A stretch of DNA of 64,000 nucleotides from Gemmatimonadota bacterium. GTDB taxonomy: Bacteria; Gemmatimonadota; Gemmatimonadetes; Gemmatimonadales; GWC2-71-9. Location of the stretch: contig QHUK01000010.1 of the NCBI GenBank assembly GCA_003222085.1, positions 145,801 to 209,800 of the forward strand, given 5' to 3'. Positions 1 through 9,082 of the stretch are shown one piece after another. The notes under the pieces were generated by a model. That model did not search any database. It worked only from the letters and a program-made list of their open reading frames with translations, and was not told the origin of the DNA. Within the stretch, counting starts at the first letter, position 1. The number at the start of each line of letters is the position of its first letter. The position numbers were made by a program, and so were the translations under genes.

Positions 1-509
1 TCGCCGTCGCCGCGGAAGTGCTCGACGCGTTGGAGCACGCGCACGCGCACGGGATCGCCCACCGCGACATCAAGCCGGACAACATCGTGCTCGCGCCACC
101 CCCTCAGGGCGCGGTCCTTGTTGACCTTGGTATCGCGCGCGCCATCGCCAGCTCGGGGGATGACCGGGTGACCCGCAGCGGATTCGTGGTCGGCACCGAG
201 GAGTACATGAGTCCCGAGCAGGCGCAGGGGGTTCCCGACGTGGACGGCCGTACGGACCTCTACTCCCTCGGCGTGGTCCTGTTCGAGTGCCTCGCGGGCC
301 GCCCGCCGTTCTCGTCGCCCAGTGCGGCGGCCGTGCTCGACATGCATCAACACAACCCGGCGCCCGACCTGCACGGCCTGCGGCGCGACGTGCCCCGGGA
401 ACTCGCCGCGGTAGTAGCGCGGGCGCTCGCGAAGTCGCGTGCGGAGCGCTGGCAGCGCGCGCTCGAGATGCGGGAGGCACTGCTGCCGTTCGCCGCGGGG
501 GATGCGTGA
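1..509 (+). CDS. Ser/Thr protein kinase, C-terminal part (5' end outside window)
   Basis: The frame of ORF 18..509 is open to the window edge. It carries the HRDIKPDNIVL catalytic loop, VDLGIAR (DFG-like) and the EYMSPEQ activation/P+1 segment. Stop is TGA 507-509. Confidence 0.85.
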   Translation, partial: AVAAEVLDALEHAHAHGIAHRDIKPDNIVLAPPPQGAVLVDLGIARAIASSGDDRVTRSGFVVGTEEYMSPEQAQGVPDVDGRTDLYSLGVVLFECLAGRPPFSSPSAAAVLDMHQHNPAPDLHGLRRDVPRELAAVVARALAKSRAERWQRALEMREALLPFAAGDA

Positions 510-2842
510 GCACGGGACGATCGGGCGGGCCGATCGTCGCGACCGTGCTGGCCCTGGGCTTCGGTCTCGCGACCCGTGGGTCCGGGCAGTGCCCCGATGG
601 CTCCCCGCCCCCCTGCGGGGCCTTGCGCGTGCCGCTCGACACGGCCCGCTACGCCATCCTGCCATTTGCGCATCGCGAGGGCGGCCAGCAAAGCACGCTC
701 GACGGCGCCGACTGCGCCGAGCTGCTCACCGAGGGATTTGCGCGCTGGATCGAAGTTCGGCTGGCCGATAAGACGCGCGTCTACGATGCGCTGACGCGCC
801 ACGGCGCGCGCGCGCCGTTCCGCATCCCGTTCGACACCGCGCTCGCGATCGCCCGTCGGCTCGGCGCGGGAAGGCTGGTGATGGGACAGCTGTGGAGCTT
901 TGGCGACACGCTGCGGCTCACCGCGGGCCTGTACGACGTCGCGCGTGGTGGCGCGCCGGTGCGAGAGAGCACGACCCGGGTCGCGGCGAACGGCGCGATC
1001 GGGGCGGCGTTCAACGCGCTCGCCGATTCACTACTGGGGGCCGATCTTGGCGCGGCTCGGGGGGCCGGCGCGGAGCAGACCCGCTCGCTTCGTGCCCTGC
1101 GCGCCTACGCGCTGGGTGAACGGGCTATTCGGGAGTGGGACTTGGACCGCGCCGCGCGGGAGTTCCGGGCGGCGATCGTCGCGGATTCCGCCTTCGCGCG
1201 AGCGTACCTGGGACTCGGCCAGGCGCTGCTATGGACGGCGGATTCCACTCCAGACGGGACGCGTGATCGGACCGTGATCGCCCGTCGCACGGCGGACCTG
1301 GTCGCGAGGCTCGGGAATGCCGATGGCGCCCTGCTGCTCGCCCAGCAGGCCATGTTCCAGCGGGCCTGGTCGGACGCCTGCCGTCAATATCGCGAGATCG
1401 TGGAGGCAGACTCGACGAGTTTCGCAGGATGGTACGGGCTCGCGGAGTGCAACGCGGGAGATCCGGTGGTCGAGCGGGATGCTCGAGACACCGCACGTTT
1501 CGTGTTCCGCGGTAGCTGGCACACCGCCGTCCTGGCGTACCGACGGGCGCTGCTGCTCGCGCCTTCGTTCAACTTCATCTTCGGGAGGCGGGCCGCCGAG
1601 CGGCTGACCCGGATCCTGCAGGCGGAGATTTATTGGTGGCGCCCAGGCCAGCGCGACGGCGAAGCGTTCTTCGCCTTCCCCGCGCTCGAGGGAGACACGC
1701 TCGCCTTTCACCCCGTCCCGGCTGCGCACGCCGACACGCTCACCGCCGGCACAGCACCGCACGTCGCCGCGGTCGGGCGCAATCGCGCAATCCTCATCGA
1801 GGTCACCACGGCATGGGTGGGAGCGTTTCCACGCGACGCCCGCGCTCACCGCGCGCTCGCGCATGCCCTCGAAGTGAACGGCAACATCGCGCCTGCGGCT
1901 GAGGCGCCCCGCTCGGCTCTCTCCGAGATCCAGGCGGCCCAACGGCTGGAGCACAGGCCGGAGGATCGCGTCCGCGACGCCGTCACCGCCGTCCGCCTCC
2001 TCGTGAAGGCCGGAGAATTCGAAGGGGCGCGTCGGCTCGGCGACTCGCTGCTGCGCGCCGCCCCCCGGGGGGTCGCGGGTCCCGCCGGGGTGGCCGTTCT
2101 GCTCGGGCGGCCGGCCCTCGCCGCCCGTCTCGTAGCCCCCGAAGACCCCGAAACCGAGTATCCGGCGAGCGCGGATAACCAGTCGGTGATCATACCAATG
2201 GCGGCCTTGCAAGTGGGTCTCGAACTGCTCGCGTATGCGTCGACAGGGGCCCCCGCCGAGAGCGTCGCGGCGCTGGAGGCACGGGTCGAGCGGCGCACTG
2301 CAGGCCTGCCCGCCACATCCCGTCCGGTCGTGCGGAGCGCGCTGCTCGACGTTCCGGCCGAGCTCGTGTTTGATGCTATGGGATCACGCCCGGCGCACCG
2401 GTCCACTCCCCCAGGGCCTTCGTGGGAGATGGCCGTGCAGTGGGCCCTTGCACAGCGTGACACACCCTCGGCGCGAACCACCGTCACGGCCGCGCTCAGG
2501 CAGCGGGGCGGGCTGCTCTCGCGCGAAGACACCCCGCCGGACGGCGTGTACCTCGACGCCCGTGTGCTCCTCGCGGTCGGCGATACGGGAGCTGCGGAGC
2601 AGACTCTCGATGCGCCACTCAACAACCTCGCGAGGCTCCACAGCTATTTGCTGCGCTATCTCCCTCTCGCGGGTGGGCTGGTACGCATGATGGCGCTGCG
2701 CGCCGACGTGGCTGCGGCGCGCGGAGACGACAGGACGGCGCGGCGTTGGGCGACCGCCGTCGTGACCCTCTGGTCCGGCGCGGAGCCTGCGCTGCAACCG
2801 GTTGTAGCGCGGATGAAGCAGATTGTACAAATGGCGAGGTAA
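506..2842 (+). CDS. membrane-anchored or secreted TPR-repeat protein resembling the C-terminal module of receptor Ser/Thr kinases
   Basis: This is the in-frame part of ORF 287..2842. GTG 506 overlaps the upstream stop (GTGA). It has the hydrophobic segment IVATVLALGFGLA, an ILPFAHREGG...TolB-N-like segment, then long TPR-like helical repeats (AYLGLGQALLW etc). The start choice is inferred. Confidence 0.65.
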   Translation: MSTGRSGGPIVATVLALGFGLATRGSGQCPDGSPPPCGALRVPLDTARYAILPFAHREGGQQSTLDGADCAELLTEGFARWIEVRLADKTRVYDALTRHGARAPFRIPFDTALAIARRLGAGRLVMGQLWSFGDTLRLTAGLYDVARGGAPVRESTTRVAANGAIGAAFNALADSLLGADLGAARGAGAEQTRSLRALRAYALGERAIREWDLDRAAREFRAAIVADSAFARAYLGLGQALLWTADSTPDGTRDRTVIARRTADLVARLGNADGALLLAQQAMFQRAWSDACRQYREIVEADSTSFAGWYGLAECNAGDPVVERDARDTARFVFRGSWHTAVLAYRRALLLAPSFNFIFGRRAAERLTRILQAEIYWWRPGQRDGEAFFAFPALEGDTLAFHPVPAAHADTLTAGTAPHVAAVGRNRAILIEVTTAWVGAFPRDARAHRALAHALEVNGNIAPAAEAPRSALSEIQAAQRLEHRPEDRVRDAVTAVRLLVKAGEFEGARRLGDSLLRAAPRGVAGPAGVAVLLGRPALAARLVAPEDPETEYPASADNQSVIIPMAALQVGLELLAYASTGAPAESVAALEARVERRTAGLPATSRPVVRSALLDVPAELVFDAMGSRPAHRSTPPGPSWEMAVQWALAQRDTPSARTTVTAALRQRGGLLSREDTPPDGVYLDARVLLAVGDTGAAEQTLDAPLNNLARLHSYLLRYLPLAGGLVRMMALRADVAAARGDDRTARRWATAVVTLWSGAEPALQPVVARMKQIVQMAR

Positions 2843-2866
2843 CGCGATCCCGGACAAGGAGGTCGT

Positions 2867-3436
2867 ATGCCGAGCGGCAAGCGATGGTCCTGGACGGTCA
2901 AGTCGTGTGTTCTGGTGCTCGCCCTGGCGGGCTGCCATTACCCCTACGAGACCCCGAGGCCGACGCAGTTCACCCCGGCCGATGTGGACATGATAGCAGT
3001 CGACAGCATCGTGAAATACGGACGCGGTCTGGTCTACGATAGCGTCTACGGCGCCGCAGATTCCCAGCGCGTGGATTTCGCCACAGGCAATATCGGCAGC
3101 GGCGATTGGGCCATCATCCAACCTGAGAAGGGGGCCTGGGCGCTCGACGAGAAGGACGTAGTCGAGGGACGTATCATCGCGAGAATCCGGAGTCACGCCG
3201 TGTACGCCCCCTTCGGCTATGGCCCCTGGTGGACCTATTGGTGGGTCGACAAGAAAGGAGGTCAGTGGCGCTCGATCCTGGTCTCCGACAGCCTCAAGAC
3301 GCGCGTGTACGACTCCCTCCCCCACAAGACGACCTACACGACCCACCCAGGCTATGAGTGGCGGCAGTCGATTGCACGGTGGACCGGGAGTCAGTGGAGC
3401 GGCTGCGGTGGCAGCGCCTGCTGCGCCAAGCAATAG
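2867..3436 (+). CDS. hypothetical lipoprotein
   Basis: ORF 2867..3436. AAGGAGG lies 4 nt upstream of the ATG. The signal peptide has lipobox VLALAGC. No family recognised. Confidence 0.6.
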   Translation: MPSGKRWSWTVKSCVLVLALAGCHYPYETPRPTQFTPADVDMIAVDSIVKYGRGLVYDSVYGAADSQRVDFATGNIGSGDWAIIQPEKGAWALDEKDVVEGRIIARIRSHAVYAPFGYGPWWTYWWVDKKGGQWRSILVSDSLKTRVYDSLPHKTTYTTHPGYEWRQSIARWTGSQWSGCGGSACCAKQ

Positions 3437-6400
3437 GGCTGACGACGCCTGCCGACCCGCTGTTCGATCGCCTGGCCCGTGCCCTCGCGGGCCGCTACAC
3501 CCTGGTGCGCGAGCTGGGCCGGGGTGGCATGGCGACGGTGTACCTCGGCACCGACGTGAAGCTCGGGCGCGGCGTCGCGATCAAGCTGCTGGCGCCCGCC
3601 ACGCGCGCCTACCTCGGGAGCGACCGGTTCCAACAGGAAGTCCTGCTCGCCGCCCAGCTGTCCCATCCCCACATCGTGCCGCTGTTCGAAGCGGACGAAG
3701 CCGATGGCCTCCTGTTCTACGTGATGGAGTACGTGGAAGGCGAGTCGCTGCGGCAGCGGCTCAGTCGTCACGGACCACTCCCGGTCGACGACGCCGTCCG
3801 CATCGCGGCCGAGGTCGGCGACGCGCTGCAGTACGCCCACGAAAACGGCGTGATCCACCGCGACGTCAAGCCCGAGAACATCCTCCTGTCCCGCGGCCAC
3901 GCCCTGGTGAGCGACTTCGGAATCGCGAAGCTGATGGAGGAGCGGGGCGAATCGGAACGGCCGACGTTGACCGGCGCCGGCATCGCGGTGGGCACGGCGG
4001 CCTACATGAGCCCGGAGCAGGCGAGCGGCGACAAGCGGATCGACCCGCGCAGCGACGTATACTCCCTGGCGGCGGTGCTGTACGAAATGCTGGCCGGCGA
4101 GCCGCCGTTTACCGGACCGAGCGCGCAAGCGATCGCGGCTCGCGTGCTCAACGACCCGCCGCGGCCGATCCGCACGGTGCGCCCCGGGCTTCCGGTGCAC
4201 CTCGAGCGGGCGCTCGCCCGCGGGCTCGCGAAGTCGCCCGCGGACCGGCACCGCACGGCTCGGGCATTCGTCGACGCGCTCGCGGCCCCGGCTCCCGAGC
4301 GCCGCGCGCCCACGCGACCGTTCCGGTGGATCGCGACGGCGTTCGGCGCGGCGATTCTCGGGTGGATCGTGTGGCGTGGGTCGCGGGTCCATCCACCGCC
4401 CGGGATGGTGCTCGTACCGGCGGGGCTCTATCCGGTGGGGGGTGGGGGCCGGGGCGGCCCGTCGCGCGACTCGACCGCCGTCCAGCTCGACGCGTATTTC
4501 ATAGATTCCGCGGAGGTCGGCGTCGCCGCCTACCGGCGATTCCTCGACGCCACGCGAGCCGGCCCGCCCTGGACCCAAGCGCCACCGGATCAATGGCCGG
4601 TGACCGGCATACTGTGGTCGGAGGCCTCAGCCTATTGCGCATGGCGGCAGCGCGGTGGTCGCCTGCCGACCGAGGACGAATGGGAGGCGGCTGCCCGCGG
4701 GCCGCACGGCTTCCAGTATCCTTGGGGTAATGGCTGGGAGCGCGGCAGGGCCAACGTCGACTCGCTGCGCGAGGGTTTCGCGCCGGTCGGAGCCGGAAGC
4801 CCCGGCAGATCGTGGGTCGGGGCGGTGGACTTGATCGGCAACGCATGGGAATGGACGGCGGCGGCCGCCTCCGACGCGCGGGGCCAGCCCGGTCACGTCA
4901 TCAAGGGGGGAGCCTTCGACACGCCGTCTGCGAATGCGACCGCCGCATATCGCGCGGTCCTCCCGGACCGGCGAGCGTGGCTTACCCACACCGGGTTCCG
5001 CTGCGCGCGCAGCGTCGCCGTGGTGCCGGAGCGCGTGGCCGCACCCTCGAGCGTCGCCGTCCTGTACTTCGAGACGCCGGACACGGCGAGCGCTTACCTC
5101 GCGGACGGGCTCACCGAGGCGATCATCACCAGCCTTGGCCGAGTCGAGCGACTCAGCGTAAAGTCCCGCAACGCCGTGCGCCGCTTTCGGGGAGCGGTGG
5201 ATGATCCGGGGACGCTGGGACGCGCCCTCGACGTGGCGTATCTCGTCAGCGGCAGTGTGGGGCGGCCCGGTCGGGGCCAGAGCCCGGCAGTCACCGTCGA
5301 GCTGCTGCGGGCGTCGGACGGGGTGCACGTCTGGGGCGGTCAGTACGAGAGCCGCGATACGGCGCTGCAGACGATTCCGCAAGCCGTGGCGCGCGCCGTA
5401 GCGACCGCCATCACGGGCGCGCTCCGCCCCGTCGAGCGGACGGCGCTGGCGAGCCGCCCACCGCGCGATCCCGGAGCCTACGATCGCTTCCTGCGCGCGA
5501 ACTACGAGCTCGCACAGCGGACGCCGCGCGCGGTGCGTCGGGCGATCGACCAATACCAGGGCGCCCTGCGGCTCGATCCGGGCTTCACGCCCGCCCTCGC
5601 CCGGGTGGCCGTCGGTTACGGGCTGTTCCTCGACTGGGGGTGGGAGTATCCCGGCCTGTCTCCGGAGGCCGTGCTGTCTCGCGGGTTCGACGCGGCTGAC
5701 CGCGCCCTGCGGCAGGACTCGGCCTCCGCCGACGCGTGGATGGCCCGCGGCTTCCTCCTCAGCTTCCGGAATCCGCGCACGTTCGCGGGCGTGCGCGAGG
5801 CGCTCCTGCGCGCCCTCGGGCTCGATCCCCGGAATGCGGAGGCGCATCACCAATACGGGATGGCGCTGCTCTGGCTGGGCCGCGACTCCGCCGCCGCCGA
5901 CATGTACCGCCGAGCGCTCCAGCTCGAACCGGAGCGGCCGATCACCTTGTTCAACCTCGGGCGGGTCGCCGCGCGGCAGAGCCAATACGCGGAGGCCCGT
6001 CGCTGGGCGGACAGCGCTCTGGCCATCGACCCCGGGGCCGACTACGCCTACGTGCTCCGCGCCCTCGCAGAGTTCCGGCTCGGCCAACGCGCCGAGGCGC
6101 GTGCCGACGCCGAGACGGCCGCGCGCTTGCGGTCGGGATTCCGAGTGCCCGCCGAGGCGGTCCTGGCGCTCGTCGAGCTGCAGGCCGCCGACACGCCCGC
6201 CGCGCGAACCCGAATCGAGCGCTTGGAGCGCGAGATCCGCTCCGCGGGTAACCAAACGATCACCGACGCCGCATGGGTCGGGCGCGCGCTCGTGGCCCTG
6301 CGCGAGGCGGATCGGGCGCTCGGGCTGCTCGAGCGGGTTCGCCCCCGCGGCGCGCGGCTTTGGTTCTACCTTCGGGCGCCGGAGTTCGACCCGGTCCGGA

Positions 6401-6447
6401 CCGATCCGCGGTTCCAGCGGCTGGTCGAGGAGTCGCGGCCGGAATGA
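3358..6447 (+). CDS. receptor Ser/Thr protein kinase with extracytoplasmic FGE/SUMF1-like domain, TolB-N-like segment and TPR repeats
   Basis: Kinase motifs: GRGGMATVY glycine loop, HRDVKPENILL, SDFGIAK, AYMSPEQ. TM segment WIATAFGAAILGWIVW. FGE-sulfatase-type motifs: RLPTEDEWEAAARG, GNAWEWT, IKGGAF, GFRCARS. Then a VAVLYFETPD...SLGRV segment and C-terminal TPRs. The start is uncertain among in-frame ATG/GTG codons at 3358-3394. Confidence 0.85.
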   Translation: MAAVDCTVDRESVERLRWQRLLRQAIGLTTPADPLFDRLARALAGRYTLVRELGRGGMATVYLGTDVKLGRGVAIKLLAPATRAYLGSDRFQQEVLLAAQLSHPHIVPLFEADEADGLLFYVMEYVEGESLRQRLSRHGPLPVDDAVRIAAEVGDALQYAHENGVIHRDVKPENILLSRGHALVSDFGIAKLMEERGESERPTLTGAGIAVGTAAYMSPEQASGDKRIDPRSDVYSLAAVLYEMLAGEPPFTGPSAQAIAARVLNDPPRPIRTVRPGLPVHLERALARGLAKSPADRHRTARAFVDALAAPAPERRAPTRPFRWIATAFGAAILGWIVWRGSRVHPPPGMVLVPAGLYPVGGGGRGGPSRDSTAVQLDAYFIDSAEVGVAAYRRFLDATRAGPPWTQAPPDQWPVTGILWSEASAYCAWRQRGGRLPTEDEWEAAARGPHGFQYPWGNGWERGRANVDSLREGFAPVGAGSPGRSWVGAVDLIGNAWEWTAAAASDARGQPGHVIKGGAFDTPSANATAAYRAVLPDRRAWLTHTGFRCARSVAVVPERVAAPSSVAVLYFETPDTASAYLADGLTEAIITSLGRVERLSVKSRNAVRRFRGAVDDPGTLGRALDVAYLVSGSVGRPGRGQSPAVTVELLRASDGVHVWGGQYESRDTALQTIPQAVARAVATAITGALRPVERTALASRPPRDPGAYDRFLRANYELAQRTPRAVRRAIDQYQGALRLDPGFTPALARVAVGYGLFLDWGWEYPGLSPEAVLSRGFDAADRALRQDSASADAWMARGFLLSFRNPRTFAGVREALLRALGLDPRNAEAHHQYGMALLWLGRDSAAADMYRRALQLEPERPITLFNLGRVAARQSQYAEARRWADSALAIDPGADYAYVLRALAEFRLGQRAEARADAETAARLRSGFRVPAEAVLALVELQAADTPAARTRIERLEREIRSAGNQTITDAAWVGRALVALREADRALGLLERVRPRGARLWFYLRAPEFDPVRTDPRFQRLVEESRPE

Positions 6448-8456
6448 GGCGGTCGGGCCGCCTCATCGCCCTGCTGCTCCTCTCCGCCTGCCAGCCACAG
6501 GCGCGCCGCCTGCTGCTACTCGACCTGGCGCTGTCGGAGCCCGCCCTGCTGAACAGCACCGTCCAGCCGTGGCGCGACGAGGGCTATGCGGTGGAATACC
6601 GCCGCTTCTACCCGCACCTCGCGCGCGCCGATCTCGGGCGCTATCGCGTGCTGCTGTTCCTCCTCGGGCGCGAACCTGAGGCTCCATCGGACGCCCTCAC
6701 CGCCGGCGATCTGGCCCTGCTCACCGAGTGGGTGCTCCGGGGCGGCGTCGTGGTGCTCGGCTACGATGCGGACGGAGAAGGGTATCTGGACCGCTGGACG
6801 GCGAACCGCTGGCTCGAGTTCGCGGGGACCGGGATCTCGATCGGCGACCGACTCCTCGAGGACACCACCGGGCGTACAGCTACGACCACCGGCCGCCTCC
6901 AGCCGTGGGCCGAGGGCCGGGCGATGGGCGACGAGCCACTGGGCTCGGTGTTCGATCCGTTTCCGCTCGACCGGAACAATGTCCTCGCGACGCGCGACGC
7001 CTCCCAGCTCCTCGCCGTGACCTCGCGGCACGCGTTCGTGCGCGCCCCGCGGACGCCGGCGCCCCGCCCGGGGGCCGGCGTAGCGGCGGCGACCCGGATC
7101 GGCGACGGGCTCGTGGTCGTCATCAGCCGCCACGCGCTCGGCGCGCTGGGGCCCCAGTTCCGGCCCACGACGGCTCCCGCGCAGCAGCTCGACGCCCTGG
7201 AGCGGACGGGCGAATTCCTCCACGCGCTCGCCCGCTGGACCCGCCGCCCGGCCGAGTGGGCGCACGTCCCGCCCGCCGCACGTGGCGTGCCCCTCGCCCT
7301 GGCGCAGGCGCCCGTACCTGTCGAGCTCGCGGCCCCCGGGATGACTCCCCCGCGGGGCGTCGACACGATCACGCTGCCGCTGCTTCCGGATCCGAAGCTC
7401 GCCCGCGCCACCAGCACCCCCGAGTGGCTGCGGCAGCAGGGCATGCGGGTGCTCTGGACGCCGTTGTTCGCGACCCGTGACGGGCGGCGCGTCGTGCGCT
7501 CGGGCGCCTCGCTCGATTCGCTCGTCGCCTTGCTCGATGCCGGCGGGTTCAACCTGCTCGCCGGCGACGCCGGCCCGGAGAGCACGGACTCCCTGCACGT
7601 CCGCTGGGAGGAGCGGGATGCCGTACGCCGTGCCTGGGCGGACGCGGTGAAGCGGCTGCAGCCGACGAGCGTGGCGTGGATCCCGCTGCTGGACTATGGG
7701 AACGCCCGCCACGCTGCGGCGGATTCGTCGCGGGGCGCGCGCGGCGAGGGGCTCCCCGCGCCGTGCGCCCTCGATTCGACGTTGTGGGCGGATGGGCTCC
7801 CGTCCGCGGCCAGCGCTCTGGGCCGGCTCGCCGCGGAGCAGCGCACGCTGGTCATCGCGCTCGGCCTCGACGTCGCCGGGCCACACAGCTATTCGATGGG
7901 ACAGGAGTTCTGCGACGCAGCGTGGCGGCGCGGGCTCGCGGGGCTCATTCGCGCCGGCGCGGCGGGCGGGGGCTGGGACTCGCTCCCGTTCGCGGCGCGC
8001 TACCCGACGCTGCGCGACGCGGGGCTCTTGCCCCGATACTATCGCGCTCTCGAAGATGAGGTCGCCGCTCGCGCGATGGTGCTGCGAGATCGGGTGCTGA
8101 AACAACGGCGCGATCTCTATTTCGCGTTCCGGCTGGCGCAGCCGCCGGCCGACTGGTTCACGCTCGGGTTGCTCCGCGGCTTCGAGCTCCCAGACCGGCC
8201 GCTGCTGCTGTTCACCCCGGAGATCTGGACGCGCGATTTGCTCGCGCTCCAGCGCGCGCGCGGTCTCAACATGGTGCACGCCGTCGCCCTGGCTCCGCCG
8301 TCGCTTCGGGCACGCGACTGGTCGGGAGTCAGGAGGCTGGTTTTCCAGGAAAGCGACGGGTTCTGGCTCACGCCCGAGGAGCCAGGCGGGCCGGGCGCCA
8401 GCCGACGCATGTCGCAGGACAGCCTGGGCCGCCTGCTCCGGAGGCTCGCGCGGTAG
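6444..8456 (+). CDS. hypothetical lipoprotein (about 670 aa)
   Basis: This is the in-frame part of ORF 6273..8456. ATG 6444 overlaps the upstream stop (ATGA). N-terminus MRRSGRLIALLLLSAC contains a lipobox. No family recognised. Confidence 0.6.
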   Translation: MRRSGRLIALLLLSACQPQARRLLLLDLALSEPALLNSTVQPWRDEGYAVEYRRFYPHLARADLGRYRVLLFLLGREPEAPSDALTAGDLALLTEWVLRGGVVVLGYDADGEGYLDRWTANRWLEFAGTGISIGDRLLEDTTGRTATTTGRLQPWAEGRAMGDEPLGSVFDPFPLDRNNVLATRDASQLLAVTSRHAFVRAPRTPAPRPGAGVAAATRIGDGLVVVISRHALGALGPQFRPTTAPAQQLDALERTGEFLHALARWTRRPAEWAHVPPAARGVPLALAQAPVPVELAAPGMTPPRGVDTITLPLLPDPKLARATSTPEWLRQQGMRVLWTPLFATRDGRRVVRSGASLDSLVALLDAGGFNLLAGDAGPESTDSLHVRWEERDAVRRAWADAVKRLQPTSVAWIPLLDYGNARHAAADSSRGARGEGLPAPCALDSTLWADGLPSAASALGRLAAEQRTLVIALGLDVAGPHSYSMGQEFCDAAWRRGLAGLIRAGAAGGGWDSLPFAARYPTLRDAGLLPRYYRALEDEVAARAMVLRDRVLKQRRDLYFAFRLAQPPADWFTLGLLRGFELPDRPLLLFTPEIWTRDLLALQRARGLNMVHAVALAPPSLRARDWSGVRRLVFQESDGFWLTPEEPGGPGASRRMSQDSLGRLLRRLAR

Positions 8457-8497
8457 ACTTGCCCTGACCCTTCCAGGGCCGGTAGCTTTCCTACCGG

Positions 8498-8868
8498 GTG
8501 GCGGTAGGGCGTGATGGTCGCGGCATGCCGGTTCGAGTGGTGTGCTGAGGAAAGTCCGAGCTCCCGAGGGCAGACTGCCAGGTAACACCTGGGCGCCGCG
8601 AGGCGACGGAAAGGGCCACAGAAAACAGACCGCCCTTTATCCAAGGGTAAGGGTGAAACGGTGGGGTAAGAGCCCACCGCGCGCCTGGTAACAGGCGTGG
8701 CACGGTAACCCCCAGTCGGAGCAAGGCCAAATAAGCAGCGAGACCCGGCCCGGGTCGCCTGAGCTGCGGGTAGGCCGCGTGAGGTGGCTGGCGACAGCCA
8801 TCCCAGAGAGATGACCATCTGCCCGTTTCGGCGGGCAAACAGAACTCGGCTTATGGCCCTACCGCCCA
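8498..8868 (+). ncRNA. rnpB: RNase P RNA, bacterial type A
   Basis: Universal blocks are present: GAGGAAAGTCCGAGCTCC, ACAGAAAACAGACCGCC, GGGTAAGGGTGAAACGGTGGGGTAAGAGCCCACC, ACAGAACTCGGCTTAT. Terminal P1 pairing GGCGGTAGGGC / GCCCTACCGCC sets the ends (+-3 nt). Confidence 0.93.
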
Positions 8869-8875
8869 TCTCTGC

Positions 8876-9082
8876 ATGACCTCACCGTCGAAGCCTTACC
8901 CCGCACAGTGGGAGCAAGTCGCGGACCTGCGGGTATTCCGGACGACCGCCCAGGAATGGGAGAAGCTCATCGGGTGGCGCGCCGATATGCGCAAGCGCGG
9001 CTGGAAACTGCTGCGCGTCGCAAGCGAAGGGACCGAGATGGTGGCTGTCTTCGGCCGAACCAAGGCGGGGAGCGCACCATGA
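8876..9082 (+). CDS. small hypothetical protein (68 aa)
   Basis: ORF 8876..9082. The ATG lies about 8 nt after the rnpB 3' end. Its stop overlaps the next start (ATGA 9079-9082). Composition is not low-complexity (W/E/K-rich). No family recognised. Confidence 0.45.
   Translation: MTSPSKPYPAQWEQVADLRVFRTTAQEWEKLIGWRADMRKRGWKLLRVASEGTEMVAVFGRTKAGSAP

Noticed and set aside
8479-8497. The stem CCGGTAG/CTACCGG before rnpB, considered as an intrinsic terminator of the upstream lipoprotein gene.
   Set aside because: It has only a 7-bp stem and no U-tract, so the evidence is insufficient. It is mentioned only in the rnpB context finding.
3219-8588. Several long alternative-frame or antisense ORFs (3219..4730, 3391..4593, 4627..6255, 6516..8588).
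   Set aside because: They overlap the kinase and lipoprotein genes, which have clear motifs. Their compositions are extreme (poly-Arg/Pro/Gly). One would run through the RNase P RNA gene.
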